A stretch of 64,000 bases of DNA from Alphaproteobacteria bacterium (lineage in GTDB: Bacteria > Pseudomonadota > Alphaproteobacteria > SP197): assembly GCA_965228895.1 (NCBI GenBank), contig OZ245842.1, positions 1,056,001-1,120,000 on the forward strand, read 5' to 3'. The notes below the pieces were generated by a model, which had not been told where the DNA came from, searched no databases, and worked only from the letters and a program-made list of their open reading frames with translations. Below, piece by piece: positions 49,789 through 58,505 of this stretch (position 1 is the first letter of the stretch; each line of letters starts with the position of its first letter). A program made the translations under genes and the position numbers.

Positions 49789-51258
49789 ATGGCCAAGTCC
49801 AACATAGAGATGCCGGGATTGTGGCGCGGGCTGTCGGCGCGGTTGATCGTGCTGACCGTGACCTTCGTCATGCTGGCTGAGATCCTGATCTTCGTGCCGT
49901 CGGTCTCGCGTTATCGGCTGAACTATCTGCAGCAGCATCTGGATGCCGCCTATCAAGCAAGCTTGGTCGTGCAGGCTGCGCCCAACGGTGTCGTCTCCAC
50001 CGACCTCGCCTATGAACTCCTGGACTATGTCGGCGTCAACTCGATCGCGCTCAAGATGGAGCACGCGTCCTACCTCATGCTCGGCCGGCCACCAACGGTC
50101 GTGACCAGCTACGACCTGGATAGTGCCAGCATCTTCCAGTTGATTGTCGATGCGCTCGAAGCGATGGCCGCGCCGGAGGATGGGCCCATCCGTGTCCACG
50201 GCACGCCCAGTCGGGTGGACGGTGTGACTGTCCAGGTCACGCTTGATCCCGATGCCTTGCATCAGGCGGTGCTGGAGTTCGGCACCCGGATCCTCATTCT
50301 TTCCATCTTGATTTCTTTCATCACGGCGGGGCTGGTATTTTTGGCGCTGCAGCGTTTGATGGTGCGGCCCATCCAGCGCATGACCGAAGACCTGATCGCC
50401 TTCCGCGAAGCACCGGAAGATGTAACGCGAGGAATCGAGGTTTCGAACCGCCATGACGAGATCGGGATCGCCCAGCGAGAGTTGGCGGAGATGGAGCGTG
50501 GCCTGCGCGCCGCGTTGCGCCAGCGCGCCCGGCTTGCCGCGGTTGGCTCTGCGGTCAGCAAGATCAGCCATGACCTCCGCAACATTCTGGCGACAGCGGC
50601 GCTTGTGTCGGACCGGCTGGGTAGTTCCGAAGATCCGCAGGTTCGCCGCCAAGCACCTCTCGTGCTGGATGCGATCGATCGCGCGGTCAAGCTGTGCCAG
50701 GACACGCTCAGATTCGCGCGCGCCGACGAACCGGATTTGGACATTCAACGCTTTGAGCTGGCACCGCTGGTCGACGAGGTCATGGCGTCGCTCGGCACAA
50801 CGCCGGAGCAGGCCATTACCTGCCACAACGAGATCGATGCGTCGGTTGTCGTGCAGGCCGACCGCGACCAGTTGTTCCGTGTGATCATGAACCTCACGCG
50901 AAACGCGGTCGACGCCATGGCGCGCCAAGGCGGTGATCTGACGATTTCCGCGTCACGCGGTGATACCGCGACATCGATCGATGTGGCCGATAGCGGCCCG
51001 GGCATCCCCGATCGCATTAGAAGCCGGCTGTTCGAGGCGTTTTCGGGCGGCGCGGGCGGTACGGGTCTGGGTCTTGCCATCGCGCGCGAACTTATGCGCG
51101 CCCATGGCGGGGACCTTGTCTTGCTGGCTACCGGCCCCACCGGCAGCACATTCCGCATGACGCTACCTAGTCGAGACGCAGGCAGAAGAATTTCAGATAA
51201 GTCGACTCGGGAAGCCCGGGATGGATCGGATGATCAGGACCTGCGCCAGAGCGCCTGA
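49789..51258 (+). CDS. HAMP-domain sensor histidine kinase (no adjacent response regulator)
   Basis: Two TM segments, HAMP (DEIG), H-box SHDLRNIL, N-box NLTRNA, DSGPGI and GTGLGL. Confidence 0.93.
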   Translation: MAKSNIEMPGLWRGLSARLIVLTVTFVMLAEILIFVPSVSRYRLNYLQQHLDAAYQASLVVQAAPNGVVSTDLAYELLDYVGVNSIALKMEHASYLMLGRPPTVVTSYDLDSASIFQLIVDALEAMAAPEDGPIRVHGTPSRVDGVTVQVTLDPDALHQAVLEFGTRILILSILISFITAGLVFLALQRLMVRPIQRMTEDLIAFREAPEDVTRGIEVSNRHDEIGIAQRELAEMERGLRAALRQRARLAAVGSAVSKISHDLRNILATAALVSDRLGSSEDPQVRRQAPLVLDAIDRAVKLCQDTLRFARADEPDLDIQRFELAPLVDEVMASLGTTPEQAITCHNEIDASVVVQADRDQLFRVIMNLTRNAVDAMARQGGDLTISASRGDTATSIDVADSGPGIPDRIRSRLFEAFSGGAGGTGLGLAIARELMRAHGGDLVLLATGPTGSTFRMTLPSRDAGRRISDKSTREARDGSDDQDLRQSA

Positions 51259-52366
51259 CGACCCGTCCGTCGCGCCCTGAATCCCGCAAACCCAGCCTGA
51301 TCTGCTCTAGCAGCAGATCCTCCAACACGTGATGGGAACAGCTGGCGATAGCCAGCCAGCCGTCCATGTCGACGAGCCGCGCGGCCAGCCGAGTCAGTTT
51401 GCGATAGCCCCTCGCGCCGGATTTCAGATCCTTTTTCGTGCGCACGAAGGCCGGGGGATCGCAAATCACGATATCGAAACGCTCGCCGCGATCGCGCCGC
51501 GCTTCCAGTTCACCGAAGGCATCGCCCTGGGCAAAGCTGCAGTGGCCGATCACGTTGTTTTCGTCGGCAGCCTCGCGGGCCAGGTCCAGCGCGGCCTCGG
51601 CGCGATCAACCATGGTGACCGCCCGCGCGCCCGACTTGGCGGCCGTAATGCCAAACCCGCCGGCATGGGCATAAACGTCGAGCACGCTCTGACCCTTAGC
51701 CAGGCCCGCCATGAAACGGCGGTTGTCCCGTTGATCAAAGAACCAGCCGGTTTTCTGGCCTGCGATCGGGTCGGCCAAGAAGGAGCAACCGTTCTCGACC
51801 ACACCGACAGGGCCCTTGGGATGGTCGCCGATGACGTCGACATGTTCGTCAAGCCCCTCAAGATGGCGTACCGGACTGTCGGCACGCACGATGATGGCGC
51901 GTGGCGACAGACAGTCTTGCAGTGCGGCGACCAGGTCGTCGTTCAGGCGATCCATGCCGGCGCTGTTGGGCTGCATGACGACGACATCGCCCAGCCGGTC
52001 GACGATCAGGCCGGGCAGGCCGTCAGCTTCTGCGTGAACCAGGCGATAGTAGGCGCTGGCGAACAGTGCCTCGCGCATCGCGAGCGCCGATCGGATGCGA
52101 CCAGAGAGAAAAGCCCGGTCGATCTTGGCGTTGGCGTCGCGACTCAAGAGACGCGCGGCGATCAACGAATGCGGGTTGAACATGGCGACGCCCAGAACGT
52201 CGCCGCCGTCGTTCAGGACACGCACCAGACCGCCAGGCGCCAAAGCCTTGGCGTCCTGGTCCATGGCAATTTCGTTCGAATAGACCCAGGGGTGGCCGCT
52301 CTGGGCGCGCCGCCCCATGCGGGGCAACAGCTTGATCGGCGGATAGGCGGCGTTCAACGGCTTCAT
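51167..52366 (-). CDS. rlmI: RlmI-family class I SAM rRNA methyltransferase (PUA plus MTase)
   Basis: GHPWVYSNE, EADGLPGLIVDR, GQKTGWFFDQRDNR, DPPAF and DHP..ESTYLK. Confidence 0.85.
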   Translation of the reverse strand: MKPLNAAYPPIKLLPRMGRRAQSGHPWVYSNEIAMDQDAKALAPGGLVRVLNDGGDVLGVAMFNPHSLIAARLLSRDANAKIDRAFLSGRIRSALAMREALFASAYYRLVHAEADGLPGLIVDRLGDVVVMQPNSAGMDRLNDDLVAALQDCLSPRAIIVRADSPVRHLEGLDEHVDVIGDHPKGPVGVVENGCSFLADPIAGQKTGWFFDQRDNRRFMAGLAKGQSVLDVYAHAGGFGITAAKSGARAVTMVDRAEAALDLAREAADENNVIGHCSFAQGDAFGELEARRDRGERFDIVICDPPAFVRTKKDLKSGARGYRKLTRLAARLVDMDGWLAIASCSHHVLEDLLLEQIRLGLRDSGRDGRVVRRSGAGPDHPIHPGLPESTYLKFFCLRLD

Positions 52367-52414
52367 CTCTCGTCTGCTATGCTGGCGGCGCTGACATAAC
52401 AGGCGGGATCAGGG

Positions 52415-53182
52415 ATGGACATCGATTTCGGGCGCACGGCGGACGACTACGGAACCCATCGCGCGGGTTTCCCCGACCGGTTCTTTGACCGCATCATCGC
52501 CAGCGGCCTGGTTCAGCCCGGCCATGTTCTGCTCGACCTGGGCACCGGCACCGGCACCCTGGCGCGTGGCTTTGCCTTTCGCGGCTGCCGCGTCACCGGT
52601 CTTGATCCATCGCGTGAATTGCTCGATGAGGCGGCACGCCTGGCCGGCGAAACCGGCTTGGACATCACGTGGGTCGAGCGCACGGCGGAACGGACCGGCC
52701 AAGACGACGAAGCATTCGGTGTGGTGACGGCCGGCCAGTGTTGGCATTGGTTCGATCGGCCGCAAGCGGCCAACGAGGTACGTCGCCTGTTGCGCCCGGG
52801 CGGTCGCGTCATCATCGCTCATTTCGACTGGATTCCGCTGACCGGCAATCTGGTTGCGGCAACCGAAAGTCTGATCGAGAAACACAATCCCGCCTGGCCC
52901 TATGGCGGTCTCACCGGCATCAACCGCGAGTGGCTGGCCGATCTGGCCCATGCCGGCTTCGTCGACATGGAGACCGCGTCCTTCGACCATAAGCAGCCCT
53001 ATAGCCACGCCGCATGGCGAGGCCGCATCCGGGCGAGCGCCGGCGTGGCGGCGAGCCTGGCGCCAGATGATGTCGAAGCGTTTGACCGCGAGCTCGCGGC
53101 GATGCTGACACGCGATTTCCCCGAAGACCCTCTGTCGGTTCTCCACCGCGTCTGGTGGGTGACGGCCGTGGCTCCCGGCTGA
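52415..53182 (+). CDS. Class I SAM-dependent methyltransferase
   Basis: LLDLGTGTG, AGQCWHWFD and LRPGG. Confidence 0.9.
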   Translation: MDIDFGRTADDYGTHRAGFPDRFFDRIIASGLVQPGHVLLDLGTGTGTLARGFAFRGCRVTGLDPSRELLDEAARLAGETGLDITWVERTAERTGQDDEAFGVVTAGQCWHWFDRPQAANEVRRLLRPGGRVIIAHFDWIPLTGNLVAATESLIEKHNPAWPYGGLTGINREWLADLAHAGFVDMETASFDHKQPYSHAAWRGRIRASAGVAASLAPDDVEAFDRELAAMLTRDFPEDPLSVLHRVWWVTAVAPG

Positions 53183-54892
53183 CTACTGGCCCAGCGCCGT
53201 GCCTTCCCGGCGTGGATCGGCGCCGCCATAGATCACGCCGTCGACGATGTGAAACCCCTGCAGCCCGGTCGTGTGCGAGCGAAGCGAAACGTCATGGCCC
53301 ATGTCCTCAAGACCGTCCTGCAGATCCGTCAGCGACGTCCCGTCTTCCAGCTCGGTCGTGCCGTTGCGGTTGACGTGATGCGGCAGTTCGATCGCGGCCT
53401 GAATGTCGAGACCCCAGTCGAGGTTGGCGATCAAAGTCTTCGCGACATAGGCAATGATACGCGAGCCGCCGACTGTGCCGACGGCCATCACCAGGTTGCC
53501 TTCCTGGTCAAGCACGATCATCGGCGCCATCGACGAACGCGGGCGTTTGCCCGGCTCGACTCGGTTGGCGACCGGCTGACCGTCGATCTCGGGAACGAAG
53601 GAGAAGTCGGTGAGTTCGTTGTTCAGCATGAATCCGTTGACCATCAAACGGCTGCCGAAGGCCTGTTCGATGCTGGTGGTCATGGAAACCGCATTACCGT
53701 CGCGGTCCACGATGCTGACGTGACTGGTGGAATAGCCGATCGTCGCGTCGGGGTCGGGCGCCCAGTGGCTGTGATCGCTCTCCGGTGGTGACCCGGCCAC
53801 CGCTTCGCCCATGCTTGATGTTGGATCGATCAGCGTCGCGCGATCAGCAAGGTAGGCTTTGTCGAGCAGGCCGGTGATCGGCACGGCAACGAAGTCGTCG
53901 TCGCCGATATAGAGATTGCGATCGGCATAGGCGAGGCGGCTTGCCTCCGACACCAGATGAACCGCTTCGAGCGACGACGGCTCGACCGACTGGATGTCAT
54001 GGTTTTCCAGCAGCAGAAGGATTTGCAGCACGGTGATCCCGCCGGAGCTGGGCGGGCCCATGCCGCAGATCCGCCAGATCCGATAGGGCGCGCAGACCGG
54101 CGGACGTTCCTTGGCCTGATAGGCGGCAAAATCGTCCAATGCGAGAAGACCGGGATTGACGGTCGTGCCTTCGACCATGGCGACGATGCTTTCGGCAATC
54201 GGCCCGTCATAAAAGGCATTGGCGCCGCCTTGGGCGATCTGGCGCAGGGTTTGCGCGTAGTCCGGGTTCACCAACCGCGTGCCGATCGGTTTTCGGTCAC
54301 CGTTGTGATCGAAGTAGAAGTGGAAGAAGGTCGGAAACCGTTCGGGCTCCTCGACCCAGTCCAGCACCTCGTAGAGGCGCGGCGAGATCGTGAACCCGTT
54401 TTCGGCGAGCCGGATAGCCGGCTCGAACAGGTCCGCCCACGGCAGCTTGCCATGACGGGCGTGGACCATTTCCAGCATTCTGACGACGCCGGGCGTGCCG
54501 ACCGGCAGGCCGCCTTGCGACGCCGTCGTCCACGACATCGGCTCGCCATCGGGCTTCAGGAAAAGGTTGGGGGTCGCCGCCAACGGCGCGGTTTCGCGAC
54601 CGTCGAACGACGTCACGGTCCGGTCATCGGCGTTATAGAACAGCAGGAACGCGCCGCCGCCGATGCCCGACGACTGCGGTTCGACCAGGCCCAGTACCAT
54701 CTGAGCCGCGATCGCCGCGTCGACCGCGCTGCCGCCGGCAACGATCATGTCGCGCGCGGCCTTTGTCGCCAACGGGTTTGCCGTCGAGGCCATGAAATCG
54801 TCGGAGACGACCGGGCTCGCCGCCCAACTGTCCTGCCGTACGAACGGCAGAACCAACAAACCGACAAGCGATAACGCGACCAAAAAACGCAT
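53183..54892 (-). CDS. ggt: Gamma-glutamyltransferase (exported)
   Basis: Signal peptide, GGSAVDAA, EPQSSGIGGG, DGRETAP, nucleophile TSHVS, NNELTDF, RPRSSM and ADPRREG. Confidence 0.95.
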   Translation of the reverse strand: MRFLVALSLVGLLVLPFVRQDSWAASPVVSDDFMASTANPLATKAARDMIVAGGSAVDAAIAAQMVLGLVEPQSSGIGGGAFLLFYNADDRTVTSFDGRETAPLAATPNLFLKPDGEPMSWTTASQGGLPVGTPGVVRMLEMVHARHGKLPWADLFEPAIRLAENGFTISPRLYEVLDWVEEPERFPTFFHFYFDHNGDRKPIGTRLVNPDYAQTLRQIAQGGANAFYDGPIAESIVAMVEGTTVNPGLLALDDFAAYQAKERPPVCAPYRIWRICGMGPPSSGGITVLQILLLLENHDIQSVEPSSLEAVHLVSEASRLAYADRNLYIGDDDFVAVPITGLLDKAYLADRATLIDPTSSMGEAVAGSPPESDHSHWAPDPDATIGYSTSHVSIVDRDGNAVSMTTSIEQAFGSRLMVNGFMLNNELTDFSFVPEIDGQPVANRVEPGKRPRSSMAPMIVLDQEGNLVMAVGTVGGSRIIAYVAKTLIANLDWGLDIQAAIELPHHVNRNGTTELEDGTSLTDLQDGLEDMGHDVSLRSHTTGLQGFHIVDGVIYGGADPRREGTALGQ

Positions 54893-54979
54893 GACTAAAC
54901 TCCAGGGTCCGCAACGGCGGGAGAAGCGGCTATTCTTTGGGCCGGACGGGTGATTGGCAAGACGTGTGACCGGCGGAGG

Positions 54980-55414
54980 GTGTGGCCGTTGCTTTTGGGG
55001 ATTGTGATTTCCATCGTTCTCGTGCTGACGACGATCGGCATCCATTTCGAGTTCCTGCGCCGGATGCCGGCCATTGCCGAACGTATCAACGTTCGGCCAC
55101 GTCTCAGAATCCTGGTCGTGATGGTTGGCGCTTTTGTCGCGCACACCCTGGAGATCTATTTCTTCGCACTCGGCTACTGGCTGCTCGATTCGATCTATCC
55201 GCCTGAGCTGTTCGACGGCGTGTTTGACGGCGAGTTCTTGGACTACGTGTATTTTTCGGCAGCGTCCTATACGTCGCTGGGCGTTGGTGACATCTGGCCT
55301 TTGGGGCCGGTACGCATCATCAGTGGTTCAGAAGCGCTAACAGGGCTGATCATGATCGCCTGGACCGCCTCGTACACCTACCTGATGATGGGCCGGTACT
55401 GGCACCAGCGTTAG
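54980..55414 (+). CDS. Small potassium-channel-pore (Ion_trans_2) family protein
   Basis: Pore helix and filter YFSAASYTSLGVGDIWP flanked by TM helices; start GTG 54980 or TTG 54989. Confidence 0.85.
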   Translation: MWPLLLGIVISIVLVLTTIGIHFEFLRRMPAIAERINVRPRLRILVVMVGAFVAHTLEIYFFALGYWLLDSIYPPELFDGVFDGEFLDYVYFSAASYTSLGVGDIWPLGPVRIISGSEALTGLIMIAWTASYTYLMMGRYWHQR

Positions 55415-55447
55415 TGGTCCAGAGACAAAAGCTCGTTGGGAAAAGCC

Positions 55448-56452
55448 ATGACGCGTCCAGGCCCGCGCAACCTGATCACCGATGTCGACGGCATCAAGGT
55501 CGGCCACGCCGAAGATCACCACGCGCGCAGCGGCGTCACCGTGGTATTGCCGGATGCGCGCACGACTTGCGCTGTCGACGTTCGCGGCGGCGCTCCCGGC
55601 ACCCGTGAAACCGAATCGCTCGACCCAACCTGTTTGGTCGACGCGGTCGACGCGATTGTCCTGAGCGGCGGATCGGCCTTTGGCTTGGACGCGGCGTCCG
55701 GCGTCATGAGCTGGCTTGCCCAGGCTGGGCGCGGCTTCGTTGTCGCCGGCATGACGGTCCCCATCGTGCCGGCGGCGATCCTGTTCGATCTGGCGAACGG
55801 CGGCGACAAGAGTTGGGTCGCCGAGCCACCCTATCGCGCCCTTGGCCTACAAGCGGCGGATGACACGGGTGAGACGTTTGATCTGGGCAATGTGGGCGCC
55901 GGGCTGGGCGCTTCCGCTGGTGCGTTGAAGGGCGGCTTGGGCAGCGCGTCCGCCGTATCCGACGATGGGCTTCAGGTTGCCGCCCTGGTCGCCGTCAACA
56001 GTGTGGGCTCCGGTGTAATGCCCGGTACCGACACGCTGTGGGCCTGGCCGTTTGAGCAACAGGATGAGATGGGCGGGCAGACACCGCCGGTGCTTAACGG
56101 TGACCTGGCGATGGCCGGATCAATGCCGGGTCTGCCGGCGGAGAACACCACCATCGGCGTTGTCGCCTGCAACGCTCGGCTGTCCAAGGCGCAGGCCGAG
56201 CGTGTCGCCATTATGGCCCATGACGGTTATGCCCGCGCCATTCGCCCGATCCACACCCCGTTCGACGGCGACACTGTCTTCTCGCTGGCGACGGCGGCTT
56301 GGGGTCCGGATGCGGTGGATCCGGACCTCCTGCTGCTTATCGGCAGCCTGGCCGCCGATTGCATGGCGCGGGCTATCGGCCGTGCCTTGTGGCACGCCGA
56401 CAGCCTGGGCGACCTGAAAAGCTACCGCGACACGCATCGCGGCGCGGACTAA
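55448..56452 (+). CDS. P1/S58 family peptidase (DmpA-like)
   Basis: NLITDV.GIKVGH, RGGAPGTRET, LSGGSAFGL, NTTIGVVA and HTPFDGD. Confidence 0.92.
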   Translation: MTRPGPRNLITDVDGIKVGHAEDHHARSGVTVVLPDARTTCAVDVRGGAPGTRETESLDPTCLVDAVDAIVLSGGSAFGLDAASGVMSWLAQAGRGFVVAGMTVPIVPAAILFDLANGGDKSWVAEPPYRALGLQAADDTGETFDLGNVGAGLGASAGALKGGLGSASAVSDDGLQVAALVAVNSVGSGVMPGTDTLWAWPFEQQDEMGGQTPPVLNGDLAMAGSMPGLPAENTTIGVVACNARLSKAQAERVAIMAHDGYARAIRPIHTPFDGDTVFSLATAAWGPDAVDPDLLLLIGSLAADCMARAIGRALWHADSLGDLKSYRDTHRGAD

Positions 56453-56473
56453 ACTCGGCGCGAAGGAGGGCTC

Positions 56474-57163
56474 ATGCCGACAGCGCTTGTGACCGGGGCC
56501 AGCCGCGGGCTGGGGCTGGAGTTCGTCCGCCAGTACGCCGAAGCCGGGTGGACGGTGCATGCCGGCGCCCGCGATCCGGACTCGGCGACGCTTCTCGTAA
56601 AGGCCGCATCGCTGGGGGATGTGCATGGCCATCGCCTCGACGTCGCCAACCACGATCAGATCAGAGCACTCGCTGACAGACTGTCTGGTCAGCCGATCGA
56701 TCTCCTGATCAACAACGCCGGTCTGTGGGTCGGTGAGGACGAAGCCTATGGCCGGGTCAGTGATGACGTCTGGATGGAGGAGTTTCGCGTGCATGTCTTC
56801 GGCACGATGGCGATGTGCGAGGCCTTCGTCGATCATGTCGCGGCGAGCGACAGGAAACACATCGTCAACATCTCCAGCGGCAACGGCAGCCTGGGCTGGG
56901 ACGTCAATGTCGGCGACTACCCCTACAACACCAGCAAGGCAGCCTTGAACATGATCACCCGCAGCATGGCTGTCGACCTTGCCGACCGCGGCATCATCGT
57001 TGTCGCGTTCTCGCCCGGTTTTGTCGCGACCGATATGTCCGGGCCCGATGCGGATCTGACACCCGCCGAGAGCATCGGCGCCATGCGCCAATTGATTGAA
57101 ACGCTGAGGCCAACCGACACCGGAACGTTTCGCCGCTATAACGGCGAGACGATCCCTTGGTAG
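56474..57163 (+). CDS. SDR oxidoreductase (C-factor/CsgA-like), copy 1
   Basis: TGASRGLG, INNAG, YNTSKAALNM, PGFVATDM and C-terminal PW. Confidence 0.92.
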   Translation: MPTALVTGASRGLGLEFVRQYAEAGWTVHAGARDPDSATLLVKAASLGDVHGHRLDVANHDQIRALADRLSGQPIDLLINNAGLWVGEDEAYGRVSDDVWMEEFRVHVFGTMAMCEAFVDHVAASDRKHIVNISSGNGSLGWDVNVGDYPYNTSKAALNMITRSMAVDLADRGIIVVAFSPGFVATDMSGPDADLTPAESIGAMRQLIETLRPTDTGTFRRYNGETIPW

Positions 57164-57168
57164 CCGCG

Positions 57169-57864
57169 ATGAGCAAGACCACCGTGCTTGTTACCGGCGC
57201 CAACAGGGGCATTGGCGAGGCCTTCGTGCGTCATTATGTCGACGCTGGTTGCCGCGTACACGCGTGCTGCCGTGTGCCTGAACAGGCCGTGGCGCTGCGT
57301 GATACGGCAAAGACGGGTGACGTTCTGCTGCATCGGCTCGACGTGACGGATATAGCCTCGATCCACGACCTGGCGGCCGCCATTGATGACGAACCCATCG
57401 ACATTCTGATCAACAACGCCGGCGTTGGCGGCGCTGCGCCCCAGAGCTTCGGCCACATGGACTATGACGATTGGGAGATGGTGCTGCGCACCAACGTCAT
57501 CGGGCCCTATCGGGTCGCCGAGGCCCTGGCGGACCGGGTCGCGGCAAGCGCAATGAAACGCATAGCCAACATCTCCAGCGGCATGGCGAGTTTGGCCGAC
57601 AACCGATCGGGCGGCAGCTACGCCTATCGCTCGTCCAAGGCGGCGCTCAACATGGTGGTGGTCAATCTGGCGCGCGATCTGGCCGAGCATGGCATCTCGG
57701 TGATCGCCTTGTGTCCGGGCTGGGTCATCACCGATATGGGTGGTGCGGGCGCTGAACTGACCGCTGACGAGAGTGTTGCCGGCATGAGCCGTGTCATCGC
57801 CGGCGCCGACCTGTCACGCTCCGGGCGGTTCTTTCATCACGAGGGCCACGAGTTCCCCTGGTAG
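57169..57864 (+). CDS. SDR oxidoreductase (C-factor/CsgA-like), copy 2
   Basis: TGANRGIG, INNAG, YRSSKAALNM, PGWVITDMGG and C-terminal PW. Confidence 0.92.
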   Translation: MSKTTVLVTGANRGIGEAFVRHYVDAGCRVHACCRVPEQAVALRDTAKTGDVLLHRLDVTDIASIHDLAAAIDDEPIDILINNAGVGGAAPQSFGHMDYDDWEMVLRTNVIGPYRVAEALADRVAASAMKRIANISSGMASLADNRSGGSYAYRSSKAALNMVVVNLARDLAEHGISVIALCPGWVITDMGGAGAELTADESVAGMSRVIAGADLSRSGRFFHHEGHEFPW

Positions 57865-57894
57865 GTCGGGTTACGTCATTCTACTGACGACCGG

Positions 57895-57967
57895 CGCCGG
57901 CCCACTCCCCCCGCCCGGCCACCCCGAAGATGCTGCCATGGGTGGCCGGGCGGGGGGAGTGGGCTGG
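57895..57967 (+). repeat. GC-rich palindromic REP/MITE-like element, copy 3
   Basis: Same element with C6/G6 instead of C5/G5 in the two arms; loop CGAAGATGCTGCCAT. Confidence 0.9.
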
Positions 57968-57987
57968 TGATGTCGCTAGAACACGGC

Positions 57988-58413
57988 TCAGACTTGAACG
58001 TCGGGTACCGGGAAGAGGGAACAGCCGTTGATGCGCCAGCTGCCGTCAGCCTGTTGTTCCATGGTGTAGACAGCAAGGAATGACGCGCCCGTTTGACCGG
58101 TGACGACGACCTCCTGGATCGTCGTCTCGCCGATCTTGCGCGGTGCTTCGAAGCTGGCGTCAATCGAGCGGTAGACTGCGGGATAACCGGTCCGGACCAT
58201 CTCCATGAAGATATCGACCGACTGGAACTTGTTCTGAATGGCCGGCGCTGCGTAACCGAACGCCTCGTTGCCGTCGTCGCGCTTGAAGGCGTCGAGCTGG
58301 CTTTCGATGACCTCGCGAATGGCCAGCGCGTCATCGCCGCTGACGTCCTCGTCGGCCTGAGCCGGCAGAACGACCATAATGGCCGCGACAAAAGAAAGGA
58401 AAAGTCGTTTCAT
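57988..58413 (-). CDS. DUF4864 family exported protein
   Basis: Signal peptide, VIESQLDAF..DD..AF, FMEMVRTGYP and Y.ME.Q.DGSWRINGC. Confidence 0.88.
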   Translation of the reverse strand: MKRLFLSFVAAIMVVLPAQADEDVSGDDALAIREVIESQLDAFKRDDGNEAFGYAAPAIQNKFQSVDIFMEMVRTGYPAVYRSIDASFEAPRKIGETTIQEVVVTGQTGASFLAVYTMEQQADGSWRINGCSLFPVPDVQV

Positions 58414-58505
58414 GATGCCCCTCCGCAGCAGTGTGTGGCGGATTTCAGGTGCCGCACACGACCTTGATACGCACCGAGGGCCCGCGCCGATCACCGGCGC
58501 GTGAT

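Noticed and set aside
54893-55144. N-terminal extension of ggt in the ORF track
   Set aside because: It overlaps the divergent channel gene, and the signal peptide begins at ATG 54892.
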